A stretch of 64,000 bases of DNA, taken from positions 54,234 through 118,233 of the forward strand of contig CACXYM010000002.1 in the NCBI GenBank assembly GCA_902771935.1, read 5' to 3'. The notes under the pieces were generated by a model that saw nothing but the letters and a program-made list of their open reading frames with translations, ran no database searches and was not told where the DNA came from. Position numbers and translations under genes: made by a program. The stretch comes from an uncultured Bacteroidales bacterium. GTDB taxonomy: Bacteria > Bacteroidota > Bacteroidia > Bacteroidales > Paludibacteraceae. Within the stretch, counting starts at the first letter, position 1. Each line of letters begins with the position of its first letter. Shown here piece by piece: positions 54,245 through 64,000 of this stretch.

Positions 54245-55360
54245 CGATTCCTTAACCACAGGACGCAAGCGTTTGATCCGACGCTTGGCAAAGGTCTTGG
54301 TTTTCCAGTTTTTTCTTCCCTGATACCGTTCGGGAACATCTATTGTTTCCGGCAGGTTAACTGCATTGTCAATGATCTCTTTCCCTTCGTCGGTACGGAT
54401 GATAAGCACATCATCATACACTTCTCCGCTATTGATATACCGAGTTTGCAGATGCAAGGTGTCACCGTAGATGCGCACATCCTCATATACCTGCATTCCG
54501 GCTCCTATGCGCGTAAAGCGGGAACTGAGTTTATGCAGATAGAATTTCTCTGCAGAGTTGATATTGACGAATGGTAAGTGGCGCGCATAAGTATGATCGT
54601 GACCGGCAAAGACCAAGTCGGCATTCTGCAGTGCACGCGCAAAAGTGAGCATAATGTTGATGTTCTGTCTGCCCATACCACTGGAAAAGACGGGATGGTG
54701 CATGATAACAATCACAAATCGGTCATCTGCATCTGCAATAACGCTTTTTAGCCATGTATTAACGCGCGTAAAGTCGTGCAGAAACTGCAGTCCGTTTGTG
54801 TTAATGGCAATAACGCGTACCTCCTCCAAATCGACATAATAGGTCGTTCCTTCGAAGTTAATCGGGCCATTATGGGGATGTTTGAACGTCTTGGTCCAAT
54901 AGTCCGGCAGGGTACGAATAACACCTTTGCGATATTCATGATTACCCGGCACATTGATGATAGGCAGTGAATCAAACGGCGTACCATTTAACTCATGGTA
55001 AAGCATTTGGTTGTAATACTCATAACCACGCTCAACGAAATCGCCTATCTGCATATAGCAATCAGCCTGTGGATGCCGGTTAGCAACTGTTTGCCATTGC
55101 GCACGACGCAAACAGTTATGCACATCGCCAAAGACCAGCATCTCAAGTGTGTCAGGTTGCTTCTTATCCGCCCAATCAAGGCCCGTATATTCAAATCCGG
55201 GCACACTGTCTTCACCAAATGTGGGGAAGGAATAGTCAATGATATCACCTGTCCAGATAGGTTCAGGCGGATTGCCAAACCATGCATTCCAACGGATGGC
55301 ACAGAGTACTATGCCACCCGTCAGAATGATGATTACTATGATTATCCAGACCTTACGCAT
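54233..55360 (-). CDS. Calcineurin-like metallophosphoesterase
   Basis: N-terminal TM helix; GDVHN, GDFVERG, GNHEY and GHDHTY. Confidence 0.85.
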   Translation of the reverse strand: MRKVWIIIVIIILTGGIVLCAIRWNAWFGNPPEPIWTGDIIDYSFPTFGEDSVPGFEYTGLDWADKKQPDTLEMLVFGDVHNCLRRAQWQTVANRHPQADCYMQIGDFVERGYEYYNQMLYHELNGTPFDSLPIINVPGNHEYRKGVIRTLPDYWTKTFKHPHNGPINFEGTTYYVDLEEVRVIAINTNGLQFLHDFTRVNTWLKSVIADADDRFVIVIMHHPVFSSGMGRQNINIMLTFARALQNADLVFAGHDHTYARHLPFVNINSAEKFYLHKLSSRFTRIGAGMQVYEDVRIYGDTLHLQTRYINSGEVYDDVLIIRTDEGKEIIDNAVNLPETIDVPERYQGRKNWKTKTFAKRRIKRLRPVVKESSIK

Positions 55361-55716
55361 TAGAAGGGCAAGTCAGTTCCGTCGTCCTGCGAAGCCGCAG
55401 CATCAAAAGTCTGCACATTGCCAGTCATAGGCTCTGCAGATTGTGCTTGAGGCTGTACGCGCCAAGCACGGATTGAGGTATACCAACGGCCGTTGAACTC
55501 ACGACTCTCGATGTCGAAAGAGACGGTTACAATCTGATCTATTTCGCACGGGTTATTCTTGATACGGTCTTCACCAAAGATCTCGAAGCACACCTTACGC
55601 GGGTATTGCTCAAGAGTCTCGAGGATATACGACTGAATTTTCCACGGATTACCCGTTGATTTACTTACGCCTTCTTGTGCCGGAAGCACTTGAACGATTT
55701 TTCCTACTATTTCCAT
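55360..55716 (-). CDS. DUF3127-like OB-fold protein with an SSB-like acidic C-terminal tip
   Basis: MEIVGKIVQVLPAQEGVSKSTGNPWKIQSYILET... The last residues are SQDDGTDLPF. Confidence 0.7.
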   Translation of the reverse strand: MEIVGKIVQVLPAQEGVSKSTGNPWKIQSYILETLEQYPRKVCFEIFGEDRIKNNPCEIDQIVTVSFDIESREFNGRWYTSIRAWRVQPQAQSAEPMTGNVQTFDAAASQDDGTDLPF

Positions 55717-55742
55717 AAATAAGTGTCAATTATCAGATTTAA

Positions 55743-56993
55743 TTACTCACCTTTGATGGCTGCAACACCAGGAAGCACTTTACCTTCGATAGCCTCGAGC
55801 AGAGCGCCACCACCAGTAGAGATATAACTTACACGGTCAGCCATTCCGAATTTATTCACACATGCTACGCTGTCGCCACCTCCGATAAGGCTATAAGCGC
55901 CATTGTCAGTTGCTTTAGCTACAGCCTCAGCAACGGCTTTGCTACCACCTGTGAAGTTATCAAACTCGAACACACCGGCAGGACCATTCCAAAGGATAGT
56001 CTTAGCACCTTCGATAGCTTTGGCGAATGCTTTGCGGCTTTCAGGACCTGCGTCGAGACCTTCCCAACCATCCGGAATAGCGTTGGACGGGCAAATGAGT
56101 TGGTTTGCATCATTGGCAAATTTATCACCGCAAACAGAGTCGGTACCCAATACGAGGTTCACACCTTTTGCTTTTGCTTGTGCGATAATATCGAGTGCGA
56201 GATCCAGTTTGTCGTCCTCGCAGATAGAGTTACCGATATGTCCGCCTTGTGCTTTAGCGAACGTATAGGTCATACCACCGCAAAGGATGAGGTTGTCCAC
56301 TTTGTTCATAAGGTTCTCAATGATACCGATTTTAGTGGAAACTTTCGAACCACCCATGATGGCGGTAAACGGACGTTTGATGTTGTTGAGGATGTTCTCT
56401 ACAGCCTGTACTTCTTTCTCCATGAGATAGCCGAGCATCTTATTGTCAGCATCAAAGTAGTCTGCGATAACGGCAGTAGAAGCATGTTTGCGATGTGCAG
56501 TACCGAAAGCGTCGTTTACGTAGCAGTCAGCGTATGAAGCGAGCGTTTTAGCGAACTCTTTCTGGCTGGCTTTCATTGCTTTTTTAGCCTCTTCGTAAGC
56601 AGGATCTTCTTTGTCGATACCTACCGGTTTGCCTTCTTCCTCGCCATAGAAACGGAGGTTCTCGAGCATCAGCACTTCACCTGGTTTGAGGGCATCAGCT
56701 TGCTCTTTTGCCTTTGCGCAATCAGGAGCAAATTGAACTTTTACGCCCAAGGCTTTACTAACCGGCTCTACGATCTGGCTGAGACTGAACTTAGCGTTCA
56801 CTTTGCCTTTTGGTTTACCCATGTGGCTCATGATAATGAGCGCACCGCCTTCATCGAGAATGTGTTTAAGAGTTGGAAGAGCACCACGGATACGAGTGTC
56901 GTCTGTGATGATACCATTTTCGTCGAGTGGCACATTGAAGTCCACACGTACAATCGCTTTCTTACCTGCGAATTTGTAGTTGTCAATTGTCAT
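55743..56993 (-). CDS. pgk: Phosphoglycerate kinase
   Basis: 416 aa; [24 protein letters not shown] and STGGGALLE. Confidence 0.97.
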   Translation of the reverse strand: MTIDNYKFAGKKAIVRVDFNVPLDENGIITDDTRIRGALPTLKHILDEGGALIIMSHMGKPKGKVNAKFSLSQIVEPVSKALGVKVQFAPDCAKAKEQADALKPGEVLMLENLRFYGEEEGKPVGIDKEDPAYEEAKKAMKASQKEFAKTLASYADCYVNDAFGTAHRKHASTAVIADYFDADNKMLGYLMEKEVQAVENILNNIKRPFTAIMGGSKVSTKIGIIENLMNKVDNLILCGGMTYTFAKAQGGHIGNSICEDDKLDLALDIIAQAKAKGVNLVLGTDSVCGDKFANDANQLICPSNAIPDGWEGLDAGPESRKAFAKAIEGAKTILWNGPAGVFEFDNFTGGSKAVAEAVAKATDNGAYSLIGGGDSVACVNKFGMADRVSYISTGGGALLEAIEGKVLPGVAAIKGE

Positions 56994-57024
56994 AATCGTA
57001 AATATTTAGTTGGTTAATTTGTTC

Positions 57025-58392
57025 CTATTCCGTAGGCCAATCAATGGAATTAAGTCGGCCACAATAAACATCACTATAGGTTGTTCCCATATCTTCGCCA
57101 CCAAAGATATAAACGTTATTGTCGTTAATAAGCACGGTCTGTTTTTGCCGCGGCGTATAAGTCTCGGGTAGCTTGCATTTGGTGGTATCGATTTTAGTCC
57201 AGGTGAAACCTTCGTTTGTGGAGACATAGAAATCGGTTCCGTGGAAAACCATATCCTTATTAACGCCACCAAGCATCATCAATTGGTTCTTATACCATAT
57301 GACCGATGTGCCGGTAAGTGTGGCAAAATCGCTTTGCTCAATGGAGTAGTTAGTGAGTCGATACAAGCCTTTGATGGTTGGTGCATATTCCAGACTCCAA
57401 CGGCTGTTGGTACATTGTCCACTAATGGCATATCCACCGATAATGAGCGCACGTTTGCGGGCACTTGAACTCTCGAAAGTGACAGTAGAGAAACCGCTAA
57501 CCGGAAAATCTTTGTCCAGTTTAACATCCATTAAACGAATGGTGTCAGCTACTACTTGCGCCAGATAGTAGTTCGTTTTTGCAACATCTGAAGCCAAGAC
57601 CCAAGCCGTGTCATTAAACGACATGAGCATTGTAAACATTCTAAACGGCTTAGCGCTGAAATCGGTAGCTGTCCAGTTCTCCGCATCGGTAGAAATATAC
57701 AACTTTGTTGTATCCACATAGTAAAGTTTGTCATTGTGTGCCAAAATACCTTTCACGTGGCAGACTGAAGGCAAGCCGGAAATAGTCTTTGTAGTCCATG
57801 TTTCCGCATTGGTGGAAGTATGGAGACGATTCGCATAACCGTTATTACTGAACCAATAGAATGTATTGCCAAGCATAACTACTTGTTGTTCCTCATCTTC
57901 AGGCGTAAAAGCGGCCGGTGTAATGGTTCGCCATTGATATAAATCCGGATCTACTTTATGCACAGTGGTTTTGATTTCATACACTTTCGTGTTCGACAAA
58001 TCGGATGAAACGATAGTCAGATAAATAGGTGTCCGCGTGAAATCGAGTGTATCCGTACCACTTAACTCAATGGTGGTATCGCCCAAATGCATGGTTGCGG
58101 AACCCGGAGAAGCAGCAAAGGTGAACTTAGGCACCACTTTCTTGAGCGATGTACCATACCGCATAGAATCATACTGCGAAATCTGGTTGGTCACCAATCC
58201 CGTATCCAAACGCTCGTCAATCTTAAACTTAGCCTCAGCCAAACCCGGCATATTCTTAATATCAGCAAAATAAAATGACGTTAGTTGTGCCAGATCCGAT
58301 GTCTGATTATTAGTGCTCTCCTTGTTGCACGAAAACAACACAAATGCGATTAGAACGAGCAAAAAACATCCTATATTCCGTTTATTCATCAT
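57025..58392 (-). CDS. Lipoprotein with Kelch/beta-propeller-like repeats (DUF6242-like)
   Basis: CFLLVLIAFVLFSC lipobox, followed by repeated W/Y-rich blade-like segments. Confidence 0.55.
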   Translation of the reverse strand: MMNKRNIGCFLLVLIAFVLFSCNKESTNNQTSDLAQLTSFYFADIKNMPGLAEAKFKIDERLDTGLVTNQISQYDSMRYGTSLKKVVPKFTFAASPGSATMHLGDTTIELSGTDTLDFTRTPIYLTIVSSDLSNTKVYEIKTTVHKVDPDLYQWRTITPAAFTPEDEEQQVVMLGNTFYWFSNNGYANRLHTSTNAETWTTKTISGLPSVCHVKGILAHNDKLYYVDTTKLYISTDAENWTATDFSAKPFRMFTMLMSFNDTAWVLASDVAKTNYYLAQVVADTIRLMDVKLDKDFPVSGFSTVTFESSSARKRALIIGGYAISGQCTNSRWSLEYAPTIKGLYRLTNYSIEQSDFATLTGTSVIWYKNQLMMLGGVNKDMVFHGTDFYVSTNEGFTWTKIDTTKCKLPETYTPRQKQTVLINDNNVYIFGGEDMGTTYSDVYCGRLNSIDWPTE

Positions 58393-58479
58393 ATATCTTT
58401 TTATATTTTTAACTTTTTTTTGGTCAGTTAGTATTTTTTTTGTACTTTTGCCGCCGTTTAAAACAAATCTATTTGAGTT

Positions 58480-59085
58480 ATGCTATTTTCGAGTCAACTT
58501 CACGATTTAAAAAAATTCCTACCTTGGGTTGTTCTCAAAAAAGAGAAACAAGCTATTCGCGCTATCGTTGAACAGAAACGTCGTATCTATCCAAAAGACC
58601 AAGTTAAAGCCGATTCGGAGGCTATCATAGCTCGTCTCGAACAATTACCTTGCTTCCACGACGCTCAAACCATTATGATTTATTACCCTATCCACAACGA
58701 AGTAGATTTGCGTCCTTTACTCCAACGTTACGAAGGTCAAAAAACCTTTATTTTACCCGTCACTCATCGTAAATGTATTGAACCTCGTCAATATTTAGGT
58801 GAGGAGACGATGCAACGTGGTCGCTACTCTGTTCCTGAACCCCAGACCACCACTTTCAAAGGCAAGATTGATCTCATTCTTGTTCCGGGCGTGGTGTTTG
58901 ACTTGCAATGCAACCGTATCGGTCGTGGAGCAGGATTCTATGATCGCTTTCTCAAGAAAAATAAGCGTATCAAACAATTAGGTGTCGCTTATGATTTCCA
59001 AATAAAAAATCGCGAACTTCCTCACTCTCATTTCGACAAACCGGTTGACGGAGTCATCACTCCTAGTCAGTCCATTGGATTGTAG
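58480..59085 (+). CDS. 5-formyltetrahydrofolate cyclo-ligase
   Basis: ILVPGVVFDLQCNRIGRGAGFYDRFL. Confidence 0.85.
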   Translation: MLFSSQLHDLKKFLPWVVLKKEKQAIRAIVEQKRRIYPKDQVKADSEAIIARLEQLPCFHDAQTIMIYYPIHNEVDLRPLLQRYEGQKTFILPVTHRKCIEPRQYLGEETMQRGRYSVPEPQTTTFKGKIDLILVPGVVFDLQCNRIGRGAGFYDRFLKKNKRIKQLGVAYDFQIKNRELPHSHFDKPVDGVITPSQSIGL

Positions 59086-59795
59086 GTTCGCTGGCTATCT
59101 TCCGCTGAAGTGCCTTATCCGTTTCCGGCGACAAGTGTTTTTCGCCGGTACGGTAGTAGTATATTAATCCGTAGTTTTTGCAACTGCGCAGCCGTTCGTA
59201 TGGTAACTTATCCTTGTAGTATGCCTCTACTTGATTCCATATATCGAGAATAATCTCGTCTGCTTGTTTGCGCAGTTCTTCCAAATCACCATACACACGA
59301 TCCGTCGTCTTACGATGCATCCTTTGGTTCATCAAATGCTCCTTAAAGATGTCGTAATGTACTTTGACTTTATTGATAGACGGGTTATAAATCGGGAATC
59401 CGCCGAGTCGCGTGCGTTCTTGTTCGCCGTCTATGATATTTTGTCCCCAAACAAGTATATCTTCCTCACTACTCAAATCCGGCAAGACATGCGATTCGGT
59501 GTCTAATTTATAGAGCTCTTTGAGTTCTTTCTTTATCTCGCCACGAATGACAGCCAGGTTAAGCACTTGGATGAAATGGGAAATATACATTCGCGCATTT
59601 TGCACCATGTGCCGATATTGTTTATTAGCCGACACGCGACCATTGAAGTTCTCGCGGTATTGATCGTTGCGCATTGGACAGCGTGCGGTAATTCAGTACT
59701 TGCTCCATAAAATCCGCTTCACTCGCACGTTGTACGGCATTTTGTAAGGCACTCAGTCGTGCTTGGTCTGTGTTAGGTAATCTTCTGTATGGCAT
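59063..59795 (-). pseudogene. Conserved-hypothetical gene apparently split by a +1 frameshift
   Basis: A 56-aa ORF (ATG 59795, stop 59625-59627; MPYRRLPNTDQARLSALQNAVQRASEADFMEQVLNYRTLSNA...) starts 15 nt after the upstream gene. It overlaps, in another frame, the 203-aa ORF at 59063-59674, whose own frame is closed 7 codons upstream of its ATG. Confidence 0.5.
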
Positions 59796-59812
59796 AATCG
59801 TGGTATTTAATT

Positions 59813-60742
59813 CTATTTGGTTCGGTCGGCCAGCTTACGCGCCAAGGCACGCAGTTGTTCCGTGTAATCATTTTGCGGCAAGTCTTCGAGACATGCTATC
59901 GCTGCGGCTGTCTGTTTCGCAATCTCTTTTTCTGCTGCGGCTTTGACGCGCAAACGATTATAGATACCTATGATTCGCTTGAAGCGCGCTTCCTTACTTT
60001 CATCCCGCAGCGCCAAGTCTTCTTTTGCACCTTTCGCGGCAGCTGTTAGCCAGAGGTAAGTCTTTTTGTTTTCGGCTATATCACCTCCGATAGCTTTGCC
60101 GAAAGTAGCTTGGTCGCCATAGCAATCCAACATATCGTCTTGAATCTGGAAAGCCAAGCCCACATGGATGCCGAAGTTATACATTTTCTGCTGCTGCTCA
60201 TCGTTGGCATAACCTATATAAGCGCCTATCTTCAAAGCAGTAGCAAGAAGTACACTCGTCTTGAGACGAATCATCTCCATATATTCCGGAATCGTCACAT
60301 CCTCTCGAGACTCAAAATCCACATCATATTGCTGTCCTTCACATATCTCCGTTGCCATCTGATTGAAGAGCCGTAGCGTCTTCGCCAATTTTTTCTCCGG
60401 CACGCGGCTCAGCAGTTTGTATGCTTCAATCATCATCTGGTCGCCGGATAGAATAGCCGTGTTCTCGTTCCATTTAACATGCACCGTCGGACGTCCGCGA
60501 CGCACCTGTGCTTTATCCATCACATCGTCATGGAGTAGCGTAAAGTTATGGAATACTTCGAGTGCCAATGCCGCAGGAAGCACATCTTCTTCGTTGCCTC
60601 CAAACAGCTTCGTTGCCAATAACGCCAACTGCGGACGCACACGTTTGCCGCCTGCTGCCAAAGTATAACCTATCGGTTCGTACAAACCTTTCGGTTCGCG
60701 TGACCAGTCCAACTTTCCTATTTCAGCATTTACATCAATCAT
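59813..60742 (-). CDS. Polyprenyl diphosphate synthase family protein
   Basis: First DDxxD in LLHDDVMD and second in FQIQDDMLD. Confidence 0.88.
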   Translation of the reverse strand: MIDVNAEIGKLDWSREPKGLYEPIGYTLAAGGKRVRPQLALLATKLFGGNEEDVLPAALALEVFHNFTLLHDDVMDKAQVRRGRPTVHVKWNENTAILSGDQMMIEAYKLLSRVPEKKLAKTLRLFNQMATEICEGQQYDVDFESREDVTIPEYMEMIRLKTSVLLATALKIGAYIGYANDEQQQKMYNFGIHVGLAFQIQDDMLDCYGDQATFGKAIGGDIAENKKTYLWLTAAAKGAKEDLALRDESKEARFKRIIGIYNRLRVKAAAEKEIAKQTAAAIACLEDLPQNDYTEQLRALARKLADRTK

Positions 60743-60748
60743 ACAGTA

Positions 60749-61675
60749 TTATTTTGCAAACGAGTCCTCGATAATATCTGTCAGCACATCTTTAATGTCT
60801 AATCCGGCTGCGCGCACTTGCTGCGGAATAAAACTCGTTGCAGTCATTCCGGGCGTGGTGTTGACTTCCAAGAGATAAATCTCATCGCCTATGAGCACAT
60901 AGTCGGTACGAATGATTCCGTGTGCACCGATGATATCGTAAATCTTCAGCGTCATCGCCTGCACTCTGTCGCGCAACTCATCCGGAACACGTGCCGGAGT
61001 AATCTCATCCACTTGGCCGTTATATTTCGCGTCATAATCAAAGAACTCACGCTTCGTCACTACCTCCGTGATTGGAAATGCCACCGCCTTGCTCTTCGTC
61101 TTATAGACGCCGCTGGTCACTTCCGTCCCCTTGAGATAGGACTCGCAGATCACTTCATCGCCTTCCTCAAAAGCACGTTCAATTGCGGGCAGCACATTAT
61201 CGCGTGTCTTCACTTTCGTGCAACCGAAACTGCTACCGCCCACGTTGCTCTTAATAAAGCACGGAAAACCTAATTCCCGCTCCACTTGCTCTTCGATATC
61301 TGCAGGCACTTGGTCTTTGCGCAGCAGAATACTCTTAGCGATCTTGATGCCAAAAGCATGCAGATAATGGTTGCAGGTGTACTTATTGAAAGTCAAAGCC
61401 GCAGCCAATACGCCGCAGCACGAATACGGAATATGCATCATCTCCAAGTAGCCTTGCAGCAAACCGTTTTCGCCCGGAGTGCCATGAATAGTCACATACG
61501 CATAGTCAAAATCCACCAAACGACTCAAGGTCTTCAAGTCGCTTCCATGTAACTCCACTATCTCTGCGTCGTATTTATCCTTATCAATAAATGACAAAAT
61601 ACCCGCTGCGCTACGCAACGACACATCATGTTCGGAACTATCTCCGCCTGCTACTATTGCAATCTTACGTTTCAT
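60749..61675 (-). CDS. ddl: D-alanine--D-alanine ligase
   Basis: IAIVAGGDSSEHDVSLRSA, an ATP-grasp core, and LLEVNTTPGMT. Confidence 0.92.
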   Translation of the reverse strand: MKRKIAIVAGGDSSEHDVSLRSAAGILSFIDKDKYDAEIVELHGSDLKTLSRLVDFDYAYVTIHGTPGENGLLQGYLEMMHIPYSCCGVLAAALTFNKYTCNHYLHAFGIKIAKSILLRKDQVPADIEEQVERELGFPCFIKSNVGGSSFGCTKVKTRDNVLPAIERAFEEGDEVICESYLKGTEVTSGVYKTKSKAVAFPITEVVTKREFFDYDAKYNGQVDEITPARVPDELRDRVQAMTLKIYDIIGAHGIIRTDYVLIGDEIYLLEVNTTPGMTATSFIPQQVRAAGLDIKDVLTDIIEDSFAK

Positions 61676-61689
61676 AAATATCTATTTCC

Positions 61690-62466
61690 TTATATCTCTA
61701 ATAACTTCGGTTGTGCCACTTTCACTACCCAATCGGGCAAGTGATTGATAATCGGCACAATAATATAATTCCATGCGCCCGGCATGCACGTTTTCTTGCG
61801 GCGCTTAAACAGCACTCTCAACGCCCGCTTGACCAATCGCGGAACCGGCATCGTTATATGCATTGCCCGCAAGAATTTACCAAATTTAGGTCCAAACGGC
61901 AGCAATCCCGTATCGGTCGAACCCGGCGTTACTGCCAAAACGCGCACGTGATGAGGGCGAAGTTCATACCACAGCGACTTACTGAAACTGAGCACATACA
62001 CTTTCGAGGCGTTGTAGCATTGTATTCCCGGCATTGCCATCCACGCGGACATGGAAGACATATTCAGTATATAACCTCTCTCTCGCTCGCACATATCTAC
62101 GGCGAAAAGGCGACAGAGTTTGGTCATCGTCACTACGTGCAACATCGCCAGCGTCTCAATCTTTTTCATCGGCGTTGTGCGGAACGATTGGAAAATCAGC
62201 ATGCCGGCGTTATTGACAAGCACATCAACTTCCAGCCCTTCTTTCTTACAGAAATCATACACTTCCTCCGCCGCGTTCTGTTTGGACAAGTCCATATACA
62301 AGCTCTTCGTCTGAACGCCAAACTGTGAAGCAATATCCGCTGCAGCCGCAGCCAATTCCTTCTCCTGATTGGACACTAAAACGATATCATAGTGATAGTC
62401 TCGCGCCAACTGTTTGGCATACTCCAAACCTATTCCACTCGATGCACCTGTAACTAATGCGTACAT
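61690..62466 (-). CDS. Short-chain dehydrogenase/reductase
   Basis: TGASSGIG, NNAG and YNASK. Confidence 0.88.
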   Translation of the reverse strand: MYALVTGASSGIGLEYAKQLARDYHYDIVLVSNQEKELAAAAADIASQFGVQTKSLYMDLSKQNAAEEVYDFCKKEGLEVDVLVNNAGMLIFQSFRTTPMKKIETLAMLHVVTMTKLCRLFAVDMCERERGYILNMSSMSAWMAMPGIQCYNASKVYVLSFSKSLWYELRPHHVRVLAVTPGSTDTGLLPFGPKFGKFLRAMHITMPVPRLVKRALRVLFKRRKKTCMPGAWNYIIVPIINHLPDWVVKVAQPKLLEI

Positions 62467-62485
62467 AGTAACTCAAATTAGCGTG

Positions 62486-62517
62486 CAAAGGTACGCTTTT
62501 TTTTGCATATATGCAAA
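62486..62517 (-). promoter_or_regulatory. Promoter: -33 TTTG / -7 TACCTTTG
   Basis: Boxes 20 nt apart; -7 box 20 nt upstream of ATG 62466. Confidence 0.7.
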
Positions 62518-62560
62518 TAAAAAGTGCAGAATGTGTCATTTTCTGCACTTTTGCTCCGTT

Positions 62561-63367
62561 TTACTTCATGTTGCGAAGAAGCTTGATATGCTCATACGCC
62601 TCGTTGATGGCTCGGAATTTCTCGGTGGCTTTCTGTCGCATCTCTTCGCCGGCATTTGCCACTTTATCGGGATGGAACTTCATCGCCATGCGGCGGTAAG
62701 CTTTCTTCACTTCCTCATCCGAAGCCGTTTCTTCAATCTCCAAAACGGTATAAGCCCAATGCGGATCTTTGGTTTTCTTATAGAGTGACTCGAGCGAGTT
62801 ATAGTCGCCTCGGCTGATGCCCAAGCAAATGCCAATTCGCTCAATCATAGCGCGTTCCGACTCTGCGAAGTCGCCATCCGCATTTGCCAAATCCAAGAGC
62901 AGATGCAGCATCTCCAAACGTATGGAGTAATTGATATACTGCTTCATCTGCCCGCAAACAGACACGTAATCAATATCTTGTTCCAGCAGTTTCTTGAGCA
63001 GTTGTAGCGCTTGTTTGGCACCTTCCTCGCCGTATAACTTAATCAGATACGGCTTGATGAAGTTCACCTCCGCTTTCAGCACATGCCCATCGGCTTTCAT
63101 CACGCACGCAATCAGAACAAGGTACGACACGCGCACATCGCCAGCCGTTGCACGACCGGAATGACTTGATTGCGTGGAACGACCGGATTGGCTTTGCTCA
63201 CGATAACTTCCTGACCGCGAAGTGTCTTCGTCATCGCTCTCCGGCAGACCGTTAAACCAACCCGTTCCGCCTTCAAAAAGCGAACCTATCACTACGCCGA
63301 TAATCGCACCAATCGGTCCGCCAAGCACAAATCCCAGTCCGCCTAATATCCATTTTGCTGCTGCCAT
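62561..63367 (-). CDS. DjlA-like co-chaperone (Gly-zipper TM helix, TerB-like domain, C-terminal J domain)
   Basis: WILGGLGFVLGGPIGAIIG, and a J domain with KKAYRRMAMKFHPDK. Confidence 0.8.
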   Translation of the reverse strand: MAAAKWILGGLGFVLGGPIGAIIGVVIGSLFEGGTGWFNGLPESDDEDTSRSGSYREQSQSGRSTQSSHSGRATAGDVRVSYLVLIACVMKADGHVLKAEVNFIKPYLIKLYGEEGAKQALQLLKKLLEQDIDYVSVCGQMKQYINYSIRLEMLHLLLDLANADGDFAESERAMIERIGICLGISRGDYNSLESLYKKTKDPHWAYTVLEIEETASDEEVKKAYRRMAMKFHPDKVANAGEEMRQKATEKFRAINEAYEHIKLLRNMK

Positions 63368-63391
63368 AATCCTTCTCTAAAATTCCGCCTG

Positions 63392-63399
63392 CAAAGGTA
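63392..63399 (-). promoter_or_regulatory. -7 box TACCTTTG (djlA-like gene)
   Basis: 25 nt upstream of ATG 63367. Confidence 0.6.
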
Positions 63400-63552
63400 C
63401 AACAAATATTTGGAATACACAAGGATTTGACGGTAAAAATCGAATTAATTAGAGTTTTTAGCGGGAAATGCTTGTTATTCGCACAACTGTGCGACTGTAC
63501 TTTCGAAGGGGACCCCTTTGGGGGAGGTGGTCGAAGGTACTACAAATATTTG

Positions 63553-63981
63553 TCACCCCATTGGGAAGGGGCGTGCCGAAGGTACAACATTTTTTCTTAC
63601 TTCGCTCACCGTCGCTTCTTTCAGCCTCGCAACTACAAACGATGCCAAACGCTTATACACTTTCTTCCCACGAACCGGATGAGCCTTCTGCTCCGCAAAC
63701 TCCGCTTCCCAGTAAGCTTTACGCTCCGGATCCTTCAACTCATCATAAGCTTGCGCACACAAATCGCCAAACGACTTCCGATTATTCGTCGCTTTCTCTG
63801 ACCATTTGCCCTCATGACGATGCATCGCATAATGTTCTTTCGGACCAAGTAACGGCTTACCGCGACCATTTACACCATAACATTTCTGCCGAAACACCCA
63901 AATCGCTCCGTTATGTTCTTTCGGCGTATTAATCTTTCCCCGCAGATCCTGTATCGGATCCGCAAATAACACTTTTCCCAT
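63553..63981 (-). CDS. Hypothetical basic protein
   Basis: 142-aa ORF, MGKVLFADPIQDLRGKINTPKEH... No family recognised. The 3' end runs into degenerate promoter-box copies, so the true stop is uncertain. Confidence 0.45.
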   Translation of the reverse strand: MGKVLFADPIQDLRGKINTPKEHNGAIWVFRQKCYGVNGRGKPLLGPKEHYAMHRHEGKWSEKATNNRKSFGDLCAQAYDELKDPERKAYWEAEFAEQKAHPVRGKKVYKRLASFVVARLKEATVSEVRKNVVPSARPFPMG

Positions 63982-64000
63982 AACTCTCTCTCACTCTCCT

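Overview
The window reads as chromosomal Bacteroidota DNA, probably Prevotellaceae-like. That placement is an inference from three things: TTTG-N19-20-TAnnTTTG promoter boxes in front of most transcription units, no Shine-Dalgarno sites, and gene content (a PorX-type T9SS regulator, a BspA-type LRR surface protein, and DUF4271/DUF4954/DUF5686-like genes). I call about 62 protein genes, almost all housekeeping. They cover: comEC-xseA-comEA-like; rpsO; murF; an MFS transporter; the uppS-bamA-skp-skp envelope block; a tightly coupled dnaN-exonuclease-DUF4954-RNaseZ-like-radA operon; an RsmF-like methyltransferase; porX plus an EEP phosphoesterase; rluD; a PASTA protein; trmD-yidD-rnpA-hemD; a U32 peptidase; asd; fabF-acpP; aroB; thioredoxin; a K+/H+ antiporter; a DEAD-box helicase; smpB; Nif3 plus a zinc-ribbon protein; xerD; a LolE-like permease; rbfA; rpmH; recO; pgk; ddl; polyprenyl synthase; and a DjlA-like J-protein. 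I saw no rRNA, tRNA, CRISPR array, transposase, prophage or recognisable defence genes. I did not find a convincing new multi-gene protein system. The signals I cannot explain are mostly non-coding. (1) A roughly 700-bp composite repeat region lies between the divergent porX and LRR-gene promoters: six TGTG motifs phased at 11 bp, a 50-nt pure polypurine mirror tract, and a hierarchical 33/66-bp tandem array. (2) An orphan promoter-to-terminator unit next to smpB has an 88-nt stretch of strict 11-nt periodicity. (3) A dispersed family of heptanucleotide tandem arrays sits at gene borders, where it places stop codons in all three frames, and is also read in frame inside a DUF5686-like gene as TTNYQ-type peptide repeats. 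(4) A short dispersed repeat is shared between the helicase coding sequence and an intergenic site. (5) One gene is apparently frameshifted. Several ORF-track N-terminal extensions run through promoter boxes, and I trimmed those starts to internal codons.
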